Below are positions 27,036 through 39,593 of a stretch of 64,000 bases of DNA, piece after piece. How positions within the stretch are numbered: position 1 is the stretch's first letter; every line of letters begins with the position of its first letter. Position numbers and translations under genes: made by a program. Source of the DNA: Callorhinchus milii (Eukaryota); contig NW_024704758.1 of assembly GCF_018977255.1 (NCBI RefSeq), positions 7,192,001 to 7,256,000 of the forward strand, written 5' to 3'. The notes beneath the pieces were generated by a model. That model worked only from the letters and a program-made list of their open reading frames with translations. It had not been told where the DNA came from and did not search any database.

Positions 27036-27964
27036 GTCCCAGTAACGTAATACCCTCTGCTTATCAAGGTTTCTGGTGCAGATAGATTGAAAGATGCACT
27101 GTATAACCAGGGATTTCAGACCTGAAAACTAACTATTGTTATATTAGAATGTAAAGCTCAACAGCAGAAAGTAGATCATAGAAATTCTAAGAAGAATCTT
27201 TTTTGGAAATTTGGTTTGCAAAGCTGAAAAAAAATTAAACACATTTGGTAAAAGACGAACAGTAAGGCATCAATGATAAGACACACAGAAGATAGTGCTA
27301 TTCTGTAATGTTATGTTTCTACAGCGTTAACTCGTTTAAGCCAAGCCTGCCCTGCCCTGAAGAGCCCATGGTTCCTTGTTTCCTGCTAAACATTAACCCT
27401 ATTCAGAAACAGTGACTGCTTCTCGAGGCATGTTCTCCAATAGATACAAGCTGGACTTTGTGCTCAGTAAAATGTGCAAAGATTCATTTGAGAAAGGATC
27501 ACACCAGAGCAGCAGTCCGTGTGTGCTGGTACCATTAAAATAAACTGAAAAATCCTACTTTTAACTCAAAATGATCCCCCAGCTCTTCATCCCCAGAGAA
27601 ACAGTAAAATACTTTGTACTTAACAAAAATACTAATTCCTTCACAAATTATCAACTCTGTGCACATTGCTTCGAAGCTGAGCACTTCTGTTACCTTCTCG
27701 GATTCCACTATTAATGTCAGTTTCATTGTTGTATATCTTGTGTATTTGGTGAAATGAGGAGGTGTCCAGCCATTGATGTTCTAAAAGCAGCACAGCAAAT
27801 CAACAGTAATATAGAATATAGCAGCTCCCACCCACCACAGTCAAAGAGCAAATTATTGAATGTAAGAGTTCCAGTCAGTTAGGAATTCAAAATATTAATG
27901 ATTATCTGAAAATATCACAAATTTATAAGGGTTTTATTCAAGGGTGCAATTTCCTGCTTAAGGA

Positions 27965-28082
27965 AATACTACGTGTCTACAAATAGCCAGTGACTATATT
28001 TGACAGTGAAATCCTGTGAAGCTCTTTGAGATATCTCGTTGATGTGATAAGGCTTCATTTCAAATGCAAGCATCATTATTAT
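27965..28082 (+). mobile_element. SINE 3' fragment
   Basis: cctgtgaagctctttgagatatctcg...caaatgcaagcatcattatt. Confidence 0.65.
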
Positions 28083-28234
28083 ATTAATAGCAGAAAATAT
28101 TTGCATTTGACACGGTGTCCCAAAATGTTCAATTGTCCCAAGGTGATTATTCACACAGGGTTATTTTTACTCTGAAGGTGCATTGACTGTTCTTACAGAG
28201 GCAAATATACCAGTTAACTTGATCCAACATCCCC

Positions 28235-28480
28235 AAACAGCAATGAGATGAAGATCCAATTGATCTGTTTTCTTTTGGTATGTTTGGATGAGAGGAATAT
28301 GAGACAGTGCACCAGGAAATCTCCCCCTAATCTTTTTTGAAATATTGCCACACAATATTTATCCACCCCTAACTGGCAGCTGAGACCTCAGTTTAACATC
28401 TCATCTAAAGGACAAGACCTCCAACAATACAGCACGCTCCTAGAACTGCCAGCCTAGATCATGATCTTACCTCCTAGACT
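28235..28480 (-). mobile_element. Old DeuSINE body
   Basis: acctcagtttaacatctcatctaaaggacaagacctccaacaatacagca. Confidence 0.65.
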
Positions 28481-29586
28481 GGTGTTAGAATATACGCAGG
28501 TAATGCTAGACATTTGTGGACAATATTTTTACAGTAAGTGTTCCTATGCTAATTTGTGGTGAGACTGTTCCCTAGCCCCTATTCTAGCATAAAACAAGCT
28601 GGATTGCGTTCATGTACATGTGGTTTTAATTTTAGAATGTCTCCTGTTAGAAGCTATCACCCAATCCTCCACAGTGTCTGTAACAGTACATTCTGTTATT
28701 TCAACACTCCATCAACCAAGAAAACAAATTACAGAGGACATCATTGTTGAAGCAGAGTTCCACCTACAAGCTGAGAAACAGGCCCATGTTCACAAGCTAC
28801 AAATGATCAGCCTGCTCTCTCTACACTTGGCGAGAACAAGCTTGGGTTATGTGCCAATCAGAAAGTACAGAGCACTGATTCCTATGGTAGCTGTGCACTT
28901 GATTCCAGCGACTAGAAACTCGATTCCAATGATGTTGCATCCCTCTGTGAATGGGATGAGGGTTAGTTTCCTTCATCAGAATAATGAAAGAAAGAGGCAG
29001 CGTTAATGCTACAAAAACAACAACAACAACAACCTGGATTTATATAACACCCTCCATGCCAGACGGCATCTCAGAGCTACTCGATTGTGACAACCTTTTG
29101 GTGTACAATTTGGAATTAATGTTTTATGGATCGTTCATCGAGTTAACTGAGGACTTTCTATATCAACATAAATCTAGCCTAACACACAAATAAAAAATTT
29201 TTTGGGGGTTGGTGGGGGGAAATCAGCCTGGAAACCCATTACCATGCTCATGAGTAAATAAACAGAGCTTCACATGCAGACCACTTACATTTGGAGATTT
29301 CTTCGTGTCTGTGGAATGGGTTGTGTACTCTAGCCCTGGAGGGTCGGACCCCCGATACCTAATTTCGGAGAATATGAGGCACAAGTTATCAAAAGTTAAA
29401 GCTTGCAGACCTCAGAGAGCACTTGCCCACAGGTCGAGATCACATCTCTACCTATTGAGTGGTGGCTGCAGGTGATGATTAGAGGTGTGGAGCTTAAGAA
29501 GCAGCTGCTTCCCTCTCTGTATACCAATCAAGTTGTACAGAGCCCTGGATATGTGAGCATATGTTCACAAGCTCCAACTCAAAATG

Positions 29587-29610
29587 ATATATATATATAT
29601 ATATATATAT
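29587..29610. repeat. (AT)n microsatellite
   Basis: Seen directly. Confidence 0.9.
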
Positions 29611-29884
29611 CTGCTAATAGGCACCCAGCTTTAGGAGCTTCCAGGTTCTACTAACTTCTGGAGTTTGGGACGTGCTTGGCAGCGATTTGTGCTGTTTCTC
29701 AATTTTCAGAGACTACTAAGTCACTTCCATCAAATGAACAAAATGTCCCTGCTTTTAAAAAGGGCCAGGCATAAATAACATGCCTGTAACAGCACATCCA
29801 ACCACATAATAATCTCAAAGGTGGTAGCACGCCAAGTTTTATAAGCCTCCGTCATTGTTCATTTCACATGTAGCAATGCAGATT

Positions 29885-30250
29885 TAAGAATCAAACTTCT
29901 AATGTGGATGAAAGCATCTTAGGTCTTGGGGGTAACTATGCCGTGGTGAATGGGGTAAATTATAAGGAAAACAGCAATATTCCTGAATATTTATACCTCA
30001 GCAATGACAAGCCAGACTTCGTCATCAAAGGATTCTTAGTACCAGCCCCACACCTGAACCACACAGCCGTCATGGGAAGTGATTTTAATTGTACACTGAA
30101 CCAGCCATTATATGAAAGCCAAATATTAGAAGCAGAGGGATAAGCTGAGAAGATTGCTGGCCTATGCTGTACGACAACAAGCCCAGAGCAAATGGATCAC
30201 AGCAATTAAACTGAAGGCATCGCGCTGTGTTATTATCCTGTACCCAAATG
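29885..30250 (+). mobile_element. Degenerate L1/Tx1-type ORF2 endonuclease relic
   Basis: GGNYAVVNG...(NIY in a shifted frame)...NDKPDFV...AVMGSDFNCTLN resembles the APE motifs GRYVIVxG / NIYAPN / GGDFN; frameshifted. Confidence 0.6.
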
Positions 30251-30594
30251 AACTGAGAATTTTCTAATTTTTCTATACCCTGGAGAATACTCTCTGAGCA
30301 GCTCTCCAGATTTCCCAGCTTTCTTCTCTTTCCAAGCTTACTAGAAATGTCAGTGATTTGTTGGGATATTCTGATTGCCTCTGTTGAGGTGCTGGGAGCA
30401 ATCCACAGCTGTGGGAGGACTTCTGCCCCGATGACTTCCTTGCTGCATTTGATGAGGCATTCCTTACGGAATCTCCTGATGTAGAAATTATTCAAATCCA
30501 TAACTACAGCAGGAATATTTCCCAACCACCAACGCCCCAGGTGGCAGCCTTATCTCCAAATTACAGACAATGGGAAAAGACCCTTTGCAATATA

Positions 30595-30790
30595 TAATAA
30601 TTCTTTCGTTTGATATAGTACCTTATAGTTTCATCGAGACATGACAAGGCACCTCTGACAAACCGGCACCTTTCCAGCACTGCATTGGATTGTCAGCATT
30701 TACTATATGGGTTCCAAGTTTCAACTTGGGGCTTGAACCCACAACTTTCTGACTCAGAGGCGAGAGTGCTACTAACTGAGCCAGACTGAC
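30595..30790 (-). mobile_element. Internally deleted DeuSINE (head plus tail)
   Basis: ggcttgaacccacaactttctgactcagaggcgagagtgctactaactgagcca head joined to a short tail. Confidence 0.75.
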
Positions 30791-31977
30791 ACTAAATTGG
30801 AGCAGTATTGGCCAATGTAACTTCTTAGAAAACGTCAGATGTAAAATCAGGAATGCCAACCCTTCGACAAGCGTAGGCAACAATTTTCCGCATTTCTGAC
30901 AAATGACAGGCAAAGCACACAAAGGCAGCTGCAGTTACCCATATTAGAAACAAGCTTCACTCGTCCAGAGTTTGAGTAGTAATAATAAACTGCCCGACTG
31001 ACATTTATCATTATGTTCTAAGGCTTCTCTTGAAATGTTCCTGGTGATAGTTTGAGGCTGACTATGCACCACATTCCAAAATGTATTGACTTCAGCTTGT
31101 CACTGGAAGATCAATGACCCTCACTTATTTTCCACTATGAGTTAACAGTCTTTTTTCACCAATTCCTCACCCCCAGCAATGCATTCTCATTCTTACTAAC
31201 TTGGTGGAATCCTGATCTCCCCCTGTTCGAATTGTAAGCTGGGGGTCTAGTTTGCCACCAAGATGGTATGGATTTTGTTTGCAGAACTTTTCCAACACAA
31301 ACCTGAGTCCTTCCAGAACTTTACAATTAAGTTTCAGATTGACAACAGGCACGTTATACAATAAATACCTGCAGATTCTCCATCATCTACGTGTTAATAC
31401 AGACTTCTCTTCTCGCCTTAGCCTCTGTGAAATAATTTCTAAAACAAAGTAAAATTGAAACAAAGCACCATTACAAATTTTTTTATTAAGAGGAGAGAAC
31501 AGAGATATGGTTAAGTAGACTTGGAAAGATTTTCAGAAGCCTCTCAGCAGTGGTGAAAGGGTGATAAGGGGAAGGAGTTAAAAGCCACATCTGCCTGTAA
31601 TAGAATTAAGCAGCAACAGTTTAATATCATTCAGCATGCACACAGACACACTCCTAATCCCAACAAACGTTGAATGTGTGGCTGGCACATTTGGGGCAAT
31701 TCATCATATTTTCAAGACCTCCCTCTGATATAATCCAATGGAGGTTTGATTCTTACAGGAACTAAAAAGATACACCATATTCATGTACACAGCAGCCCAT
31801 TCCTGTGGTAGAAACTCTCTGAGGAACGGCATTTGCTAAATGTGTTACGTATCAGCAAAACAGACTTAGAAAAAGCTAATTGCAACGGTTGGTGATCATC
31901 ATTGCTTCCTGCTCCACAACTGGTTGAGTAAGGACCTGCTGATCTTGTGTCTTGTAAGTACATAATAGTCATCATCG

Positions 31978-32400
31978 TCATAATAATACCAGCATTTGGT
32001 ATAGAGCTTTATCACATTGTCGAGATGTCTCGAAGCACTTCAAAGGATATACTGTAAGGAATAGTGACTGTATTTTGTGGGGGAAATGTGGCAGCCAGCT
32101 GTGCACAGCAACGTCCTACAAACAGCCATGGGGTGAGTGACCAATTTTATTTGGCCAGGACACCGGGAGAAACTCCCTTCTCTTTTTGAATAGTGCCATG
32201 GAATCTTTAACAGATACCTGGATAGGCAGACAGGAACTTGGCTTAACGTCTTATCCGAACGACAGCACCTCCAAAAATGCAACACACCCCAAGCACTGCC
32301 TGGACTGTCAGCTTAGACTAAATGATTCAAATCCCAACATAGGGCTTGAACCCACAACCTTCTGACTTAGAGGGGAGAGCGCTACCACCGAGCAGGCTGA
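31978..32400 (-). mobile_element. Near full-length DeuSINE (SacSINE1-like)
   Basis: Reverse complement of the 46075 element: tail, tagtgccatggaatcttt, gacagcacctcc, cttgaacccacaaccttctgact. Confidence 0.85.
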
Positions 32401-35400
32401 TACAATACATTGATGTCATATGGGAGTGATTATTACTTTATCTCTGTCCACACTCCAGGTAACTTCACTCTTCTGAGCAATTAAAACATTCTACACACCA
32501 ATGACAGGAAAACAGCATGCATATAAGCCTTTTTATGTACAAAGAGCTTGATCCTGCAATGGAGAGGAATTGTACTGTGAAAGGGTGCAATTAAATGGGC
32601 AAAAGGGCCTTTTTCATCTATACTGCACCTTGCGATCACTTGATCTGCTGTGTAAGGATATTTGTTCATCACTTTGACTGTAATGCAACTTGCTTGAGTG
32701 AACAGCAAAAAAAAATTCCTAAATGAGCACAGCAAATAGGTGATTTGAGACCACCAGTAGAGCAGATGGGTGACAGGAAATGCTTGCTGCTTTGTTAGAA
32801 ATGGTAACAAGTGTCCTTGTAGCTGTGGTATTGATGAGGGAAGTAACAGCTTAGGGACAGGACAAAATTCAGAAGAGGTTTATCAGGAGATATCAGTCTT
32901 ACGTGTACAGCATCTGCTGTTTTTAAAACTTTCAGATTTTGTGCATTGCCTTGCAGGAAAGTAAGCAGATCACTGTATTAAACTGGGTTATTTGAGCTTC
33001 CCATAAAGAAATTGGGATGAAGGTGTGATGATTATATGTAGTGTTACTTATAGTAGTATTAGTGTCACACTAAGGAGAAAAGGTGGGGCGGGGAGATGAT
33101 TGAAAGGATTATTAGCACGTGTATTGTCTAGTCATAAATGACTATTAAGCTGGGTTCACAATAGCATTTTGAAAGGAAGTTGGATAATACTTGAGGAAAA
33201 ATTACATCATTCTGCAACAAGGAGACATAAGATCAATTCCTAGTTACATCATCAAGTTGTTCGTTGTTTACTATTCGTCCAGCGGTGCATTTCTAGTTTT
33301 ATTCTTCCAATGTGCTCTGATGTAAAACATTGTTATTGTGAGTTGCCAATGAATAACCTTTATGCCCCCTTAAAGGTGTCTCAGTGGTGGGCTTTGCAAG
33401 GCATTTTTGTGTTGGACTTCAAAGTAACTTCCATATACTGTTCAATAACTTGAGTCATTTGGATATGTACCGTAAATAATCAAAGACACGAAGATACCAT
33501 GTAGTGCTTCTCTGCAGGATTACAATGAACAAAGTCCTTTTCAATCCTGGGAAACATTACTGTGATAGGTCCACAAAATAAAATGCAGGATGAATTATTT
33601 AGTGATCATTTGCTGTCCTATTTGCTCTTATGTGCACAGTTGCACAGCACACAGCGAGCTTCAGTCTAGCTATCCACTGACACAATCTTATAGTTTTAAC
33701 AAACTAATCGATGACTCCTTTACTCCTGGGCATTTGTTGTGCACTTTATTTTTTTTTTAAATGTTCCGGTTTCATTCTAGGAAACACAAAAACAAATGTT
33801 TATTTATGCTTCTAGAGTGAAGTACTGCAGTTAAATCTGAAGAGACACCTACAGTCGGCTCAAGGTATTAATGCTGTGTTTACAATTCTGTAGCTTTTAC
33901 ATAGCGACTGCAGTAGAAGAGGGTCATCATTTGTTTCAATAGTACAGACAGATTATGTTGTCGCATATTTCACCGTTGATTTCAAGTAAATGACCAATCA
34001 TGGAGCTTCACTTGTATACCAATATCAACAAATTGGTCTTAAATTTGCTTCACTTAATGGTAAATTCCCTCATTTAGAATCCCAGACATCCGAAGCACAT
34101 TGTATGAATTCTCCCCCATAAACTTTCCCTCTTTTCCTCAGCTAAAGGCCATCTGGGCTCACTAGCACCTCACTCAAGAAACTTTTATTATGCGAGAATC
34201 TAGACTATAATTCTTAATGAGCTATATCATCGTGGCAAGCATCATTGTATTCACCTAACTTGTGCGCTTTGCAGCAAGGATCACCAGCTGGTGATTGGGA
34301 ACAAGACGCTCACTAATTTTTTCCTCCAGTCACCGGGTGTGGAGACTGAAGCCAATTGACGTCCTCCTGACGTGAAAAGCGCTATATCAAATGCAAGGAT
34401 TATTATTAATTGTTAGCAAGCATGGCTAAGATCAACTAACTTTACAACCGTTTAAAAGACAGCTGGGGGCAGAACATCACCACTGCACCTGTTTTTTTTC
34501 TCTCTACTTTGATTCCTTGAAACAAATCAATATTAGACTCCTGAAAACTGTGTAAAGTAGATTCAAACAGATATGGTTTCAAAATGCTGGACTGAACTAT
34601 GACTGTTTCTGTGAACTGAGTTCTGAGCTAATAATTTTTTTTAATAGGATCCAATTACCCAAAAAGTCAATCAGATCAATTCCCTGATAAAATCACATTT
34701 TAAGAGTATTTAACTTCTAAATGGATTTTGATTCATCCACTAACAATAAGTTGATGTTATCAAACATTAATTATATTTGACTGAAAACCGTTGGTAGTAA
34801 CAGGGTAAAAAAAAGGATACAGTCTACTGAATGTTCCTCTTATAATGGTGAATGAAATCATGTTACTTACACATTCAATTTGGATGACAGGATTCAAAGA
34901 TCATAGTACATTAATCTCCTATCAGATCATTTTTGACAACGTTTCACTTTAAAAGCAATGCTTTTAAAAGAATGCAGTTATTCTCCAGGGTTAAGCCTAA
35001 TTGCAGTAATATTTAAATGAGTTGCTTTATTACAATTGCAAATAACCAAATCACAAAAGCCATCAAAAAAACGGGAAATGTCAGGAAAACGATTGATGGT
35101 ACTCACTTTGAAAATGTCATCCATTGTTTCAAGTGGCTTTTACCGTAGGCTCTGATTAGTTACTTAGATACAAAAGCATTTAGTCAATGAGACACAGTTC
35201 CGTTTTGATGGCCAACATAATACATGTTCACTGTAGATCATTTACTACCTTAATATCCATCATCTCATATAATTTAATATAATCTTCCTAAGATTCAATT
35301 ACACCTACACAAAGCTTTTCCACTGGTCATAGAGAAAAAGAAGAGCAGACAAATAGCTATTGCTATGCAAGTATTCACTTCAATTATTATCAACACATGT

Positions 35401-35639
35401 TACAGACGTATTGATAGCACTGAACAACACCCTTTGAAGTGTATGGCAGCACTTCAAATAAAAATGTGACATACATTCTTCATATAATAGCCATCATTCA
35501 AGATGCTTTTGGGGTAATATGACTTGAAGTTACATAAAGCACAAGTTGCAAAAAAAAGTTGCAAAAAAGTTTCAGGAATCACAACATAATGGATACGCAG
35601 GAATACGATTCAAAAATAAAAATATAAAACTCACAGGAT

Positions 35640-35885
35640 AACAATAATCCTTTGATACAGCATCTTATCGTATCACAATGTCTAATTTTCCATCAAGTGG
35701 AATCACTGTGCAGTTGGAGGCAAACTTGGGAGCCAATTTGCGCACAGCAATGTTCCACAAACAACCATGAAGTAAATGAATCGTTTTATTTGAGGCAATT
35801 ATTGGCTTGGACACTGGGAGCAAGGCCCTTCTCTTTTTGAATAGGCCACAGCACTTTTTAATGTCAACCTGAACAGGCATATCAG
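35640..35885 (-). mobile_element. DeuSINE 3' half
   Basis: gccaatttgcgcacagcaatgttccacaaac...ttttgaataggccac. Confidence 0.7.
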
Positions 35886-36729
35886 AGGACCTGATTGCAA
35901 TTATTAATTAAGAATGGATGTCATCTGTACGGGCTTGCTATTCTCTGGAGAGACTTTATTTTAAGGTTTTCCTGCAGTGACCTGCTCGTCCAAACTGCAG
36001 CAAATGACAGTGTAACCTGTTCATTTCCCTATTCAACTGGAGGAAGGTCTGCAAAAAGGTTTGTATCTGTGATGGGGTCAGTTATGTGCATCGTAGAGCT
36101 GGGAGCGGCAAGAGAAAGGATGTTGAGGGGAGTGAAGGGAAAAGCCATTCGCAAGAAAATCACTTCCATCCTAGGATATTTCAAGAATGCAAAGGCTAGC
36201 AGAGAAGCTCATTAAAAAAAGCAGTCAAAATTACAAAGTTACCAAGGTTTAGACTTGCCTGACAATCTGCACTATTTCAGCTCAGTAATTTGTTTGCAGT
36301 AGGAATGCCTGCAATTACAGACTTCTGCTGGAGTGTGTATATTACATTATCTTTTACTGAAGTAATTTAATTGTAGTCTGAACAGGGTTCATAATAAGGT
36401 GTGTCAGATTGTTCACCAGTGTTGCTTGGAACAGAGGTGAAATTATCTCTTGCACATGGGCTAAAGCACATCAGCCCTCACAATTTAATTATGCACATCA
36501 TGACACAATATAACTTGCAGTCATTCGGTAAACTCACGTCCTTCTTAACTCAAAAGATATCCTGGTAAAGGAAAGGTCAAAACAGAATCAAATCTGACAT
36601 CGCTGAATGTGGCTGCAGAGCTGTGCATCTTAAATAACTCAAGAAAAATGTATCTATATAATTGCATTTTCTACTATCTCTCTGGTGCATTCTACATCTC
36701 TGCAAAGAAGGTCAATGGATAATTCAAAC

Positions 36730-36795
36730 AACATTTGAAAAACAATGTAAAGCACTACATAAAACATTTGAAAAACAATGTAAAGCACTACATAA
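36730..36795. repeat. Perfect 33-bp tandem duplication
   Basis: aacatttgaaaaacaatgtaaagcactacataa occurs twice (36730, 36763). Confidence 0.95.
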
Positions 36796-38579
36796 AGCTA
36801 CCCGAAAGCCTCCGTATGTCTATAGCGTTCCGGAGCGGACAGGCTATATGGGAAATTGAGAAGTTTTCGGAGTGTCCCGATGAATTTAAGCCCCGACAAT
36901 GTTTTTAGACGCGCACAGGTTTTATGTCGACTCAGTACCCCTATTTTACCTGATGACCCCGAGCCCTTTCGGGGTGCTCGTCTACAACTGATAGGATTTG
37001 CAATCCACGCTGAACGGTCCAATCTCTCACTAACTTTTTGTGTCTTGAAAACAACAACAATTACATTTGTAGAGCACCTTTCATGTCGGAAGGATGTCCC
37101 AAGATATAGATCGCTATGGATTCTCATGTTTAGAACATGAGAAGTGACCATTTTTTTTCTTTAGAAGAGGAAATTTCCACTTTTGAGGTAATGGAAAGAA
37201 AACTGAAAAATGCTTAAAGTCTGTATCTTGTCAAACAACTGCAAAAAAAGTGCTGCCATAGAATTTGTTCGAAACTGTTGAGTTTTGGTCACATGGTTTA
37301 AGCTCTCATTTGTACACTGAGAAATTTGGGAAACACTTTTCAGCTATCATTTATTTGCCAGATGCACCCTTTCAGATGTAGATCTACATCACAACAAAAA
37401 TGGTAGCCAGAAAAGCCCATAGAATGGGACAGGTTCCAGAAATGGTTGACTGCAGTGAGGTTTGATGGCCCATTAGCAGATTGTGGAATGGTGTTAATGA
37501 GAGGAAAAAATGAAATAAAATAAAAAGCGGGTGAGGCAGTAGTAAGGGAAATTAAATTCCAGTGAGACAGTAAATAAAATATAAAAGGAAACTTGCTTCC
37601 CACCTCCACTTAATCCAGTGACAGTGAGCAGCTAAAGTGAGCTCGTTAAAAAGTCTGCATCCAGGCCCGAAGCCCTAAGAAAATGGTTAAGGTGCCACAT
37701 CTTAGTGCTTCCACTGGAGATTGGTTTAAGTAGCAAAGAATAAAGAGAGACGAGAGTGAAGAGTCAAAGTTAAAATGCAGCTAGGATCCCATTTACAGCT
37801 GTTTGGCAAAGCTGGCTCCCAATCTATTTAAGCAACAGCCTGTTTCCATGCCGTGCCACTCTATGTAAATCTTTGTAATTTGCAGTGGCCAGGAAGAGGG
37901 CAAGAATGATTTTCTGTAATGTCACATTTTATTTAAATCGGAGCTGCCCACAGAGTTGCAAAGAACAAATACAAATTCCACCTCTGTACGATACATGTGG
38001 CTTCATACCTGGATTCAATTGTAGCATTGTTATACGTTTTTAAAGATGAAATCACTGACCATGCCGAAAGTAAAAGCAGCAATTATACATGCAGCACAAA
38101 CCCGCTCTTAAATGGGATCAGGAGTTTGGCTCTAAATTCTGTAGAGTTTGTGAGGTTCAGATGTCAACAATGACGTTTCAAGGTTGTATTCTCTTAGTTG
38201 ATTGATTGCACTGTTCATTGCTATCGCAACTAGAGAAGAGGCGGTGAGGAGGAGTTAATGAGATTATCAACAGTGGTCTCAGATACTGAACATCATCCCT
38301 GGAAATGGAATTCGGTTACTTCACAAAAGAGTTGTTAATTAGTACAAACCAGTCTGTGGGCAAATTTGTGCCTCAACACTGTGTTGCCGGAGCCTTTTTG
38401 TGATAGCACATTACAGCTTATGTTCAGTTACATACATTTTTCTAGCCTTGCCACTTTCGTAAATCAAAAGCTTGCTTCAAGCCACATAATACAACTGGAC
38501 CCCCATGAGCTGCAACGCTAAGACAGTGTTTACACAATATGGAGGTGTGTTACAGGTTATTACCATTAGGTTTCCCTTA

Positions 38580-38650
38580 TTAATAATAATAATCCTTGCA
38601 TTTGACATAGCACCTTCTCATGGCATCAAAACAACTCAAAGCATTTCAGT
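38580..38650 (-). mobile_element. SINE tail
   Basis: taataataataatccttgcatttgacatagcacc. Confidence 0.65.
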
Positions 38651-38897
38651 GGACTTGGGACCTGGGAACAGGTTGCTTACAATTTGGTAATAACTAGCCA
38701 ATATCTGTTGTTCAAGTTACAGCAAATAGATGTAGAATTGTGTTTACCAACAACGATCAATTCTAATAATTGCATCCAGATAAAACAATAAGTTAATTAT
38801 AAGAAAATATTGTGAAATGAGAATATTTTTTTTAGGCATTTACTCAGAGTTCCTCCCAGCATCATGACCAACAATTCCAAAGTAAAATTGGTCTTGG

Positions 38898-39036
38898 GTG
38901 TTTGTGGGACATTGCTGTGGGTAAATTGGCTGCTGTGTTTGTCTACAAATGGATAGACTTTACAATAATTCCTGTAAAGGACTTTGAATGTTTCAACAAT
39001 GTGAAAGTATTATTATCAAATGCACGTATTATTATT
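38898..39036 (+). mobile_element. SINE 3' fragment
   Basis: tgtttgtgggacattgctgtgggtaaattggctgctgtgttt...caaatgcacgtattattatt. Confidence 0.7.
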
Positions 39037-39351
39037 CAGTATGAATAACATCAGCTAACCTCCAAATACTCAGAGTCTGCTCGTGTTTATTACATTTCTA
39101 AAAAAAATTAACCAGACACTGTTTCTTTCAGCACCCAAGGATTTATCCCTTCCGGTTGGAGAATCTTCTAGAGATTGAATTCTTCTGATATTCTTTATAA
39201 TGACATCTAGTGATGCTGAAGATTCCAATACTAAAACAACTAGGCCACAATATTTGCAAAAAAAACTAATGTGAGAAATCCATTTAACAGCTTTATAATC
39301 TGCTGGTCTTTTACAACAGCTTTTCTTAAATTCACACTAAGTACCGATCTA

Positions 39352-39593
39352 AAGGGAGAAATTTCACACGGCTTCGAGCTTTACTATATTTCTTAGTGTT
39401 TCATAGCATCTGGAATTTGATAAATTCTTAAATACAGCCTTAAATTCGAAGTCAGTTTTCTGTAAATTGTTTTTAAAACTACACAAAAACATCTTCAAAG
39501 TTAAGGTTGAATTCAACAATTTGCGAAATTCTGATGTTCTAAACAGCTACACAGTTAGAAATAAATCTAGCCCAGGTGGAATTTCTCTTCCTT
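39352..39593. mobile_element. Second copy of the same MITE-like family
   Basis: aagggagaaatttcac ... gtggaatttctcttcctt; internal aatttgcgaaattctga resembles ~2142. Confidence 0.55.

Noticed and set aside
27690-27780. Possible minus-strand exon (ttttag acceptor, AAG|GTAACA donor)
   Set aside because: No recognisable peptide and no partner exons; could only be a lncRNA exon.
35895-36215. GC-richer 106-aa ORF
   Set aside because: No homology recognised on either strand; not linkable to STK33.
36730-36795. 33-bp direct repeat as a CRISPR array
   Set aside because: Two abutting copies, no spacers, vertebrate DNA.
36950-36982. CTGATGA followed by a hairpin, suggesting a hammerhead ribozyme
   Set aside because: The required GAAA after stem II is absent (gctc), and I could not form stems I and III.
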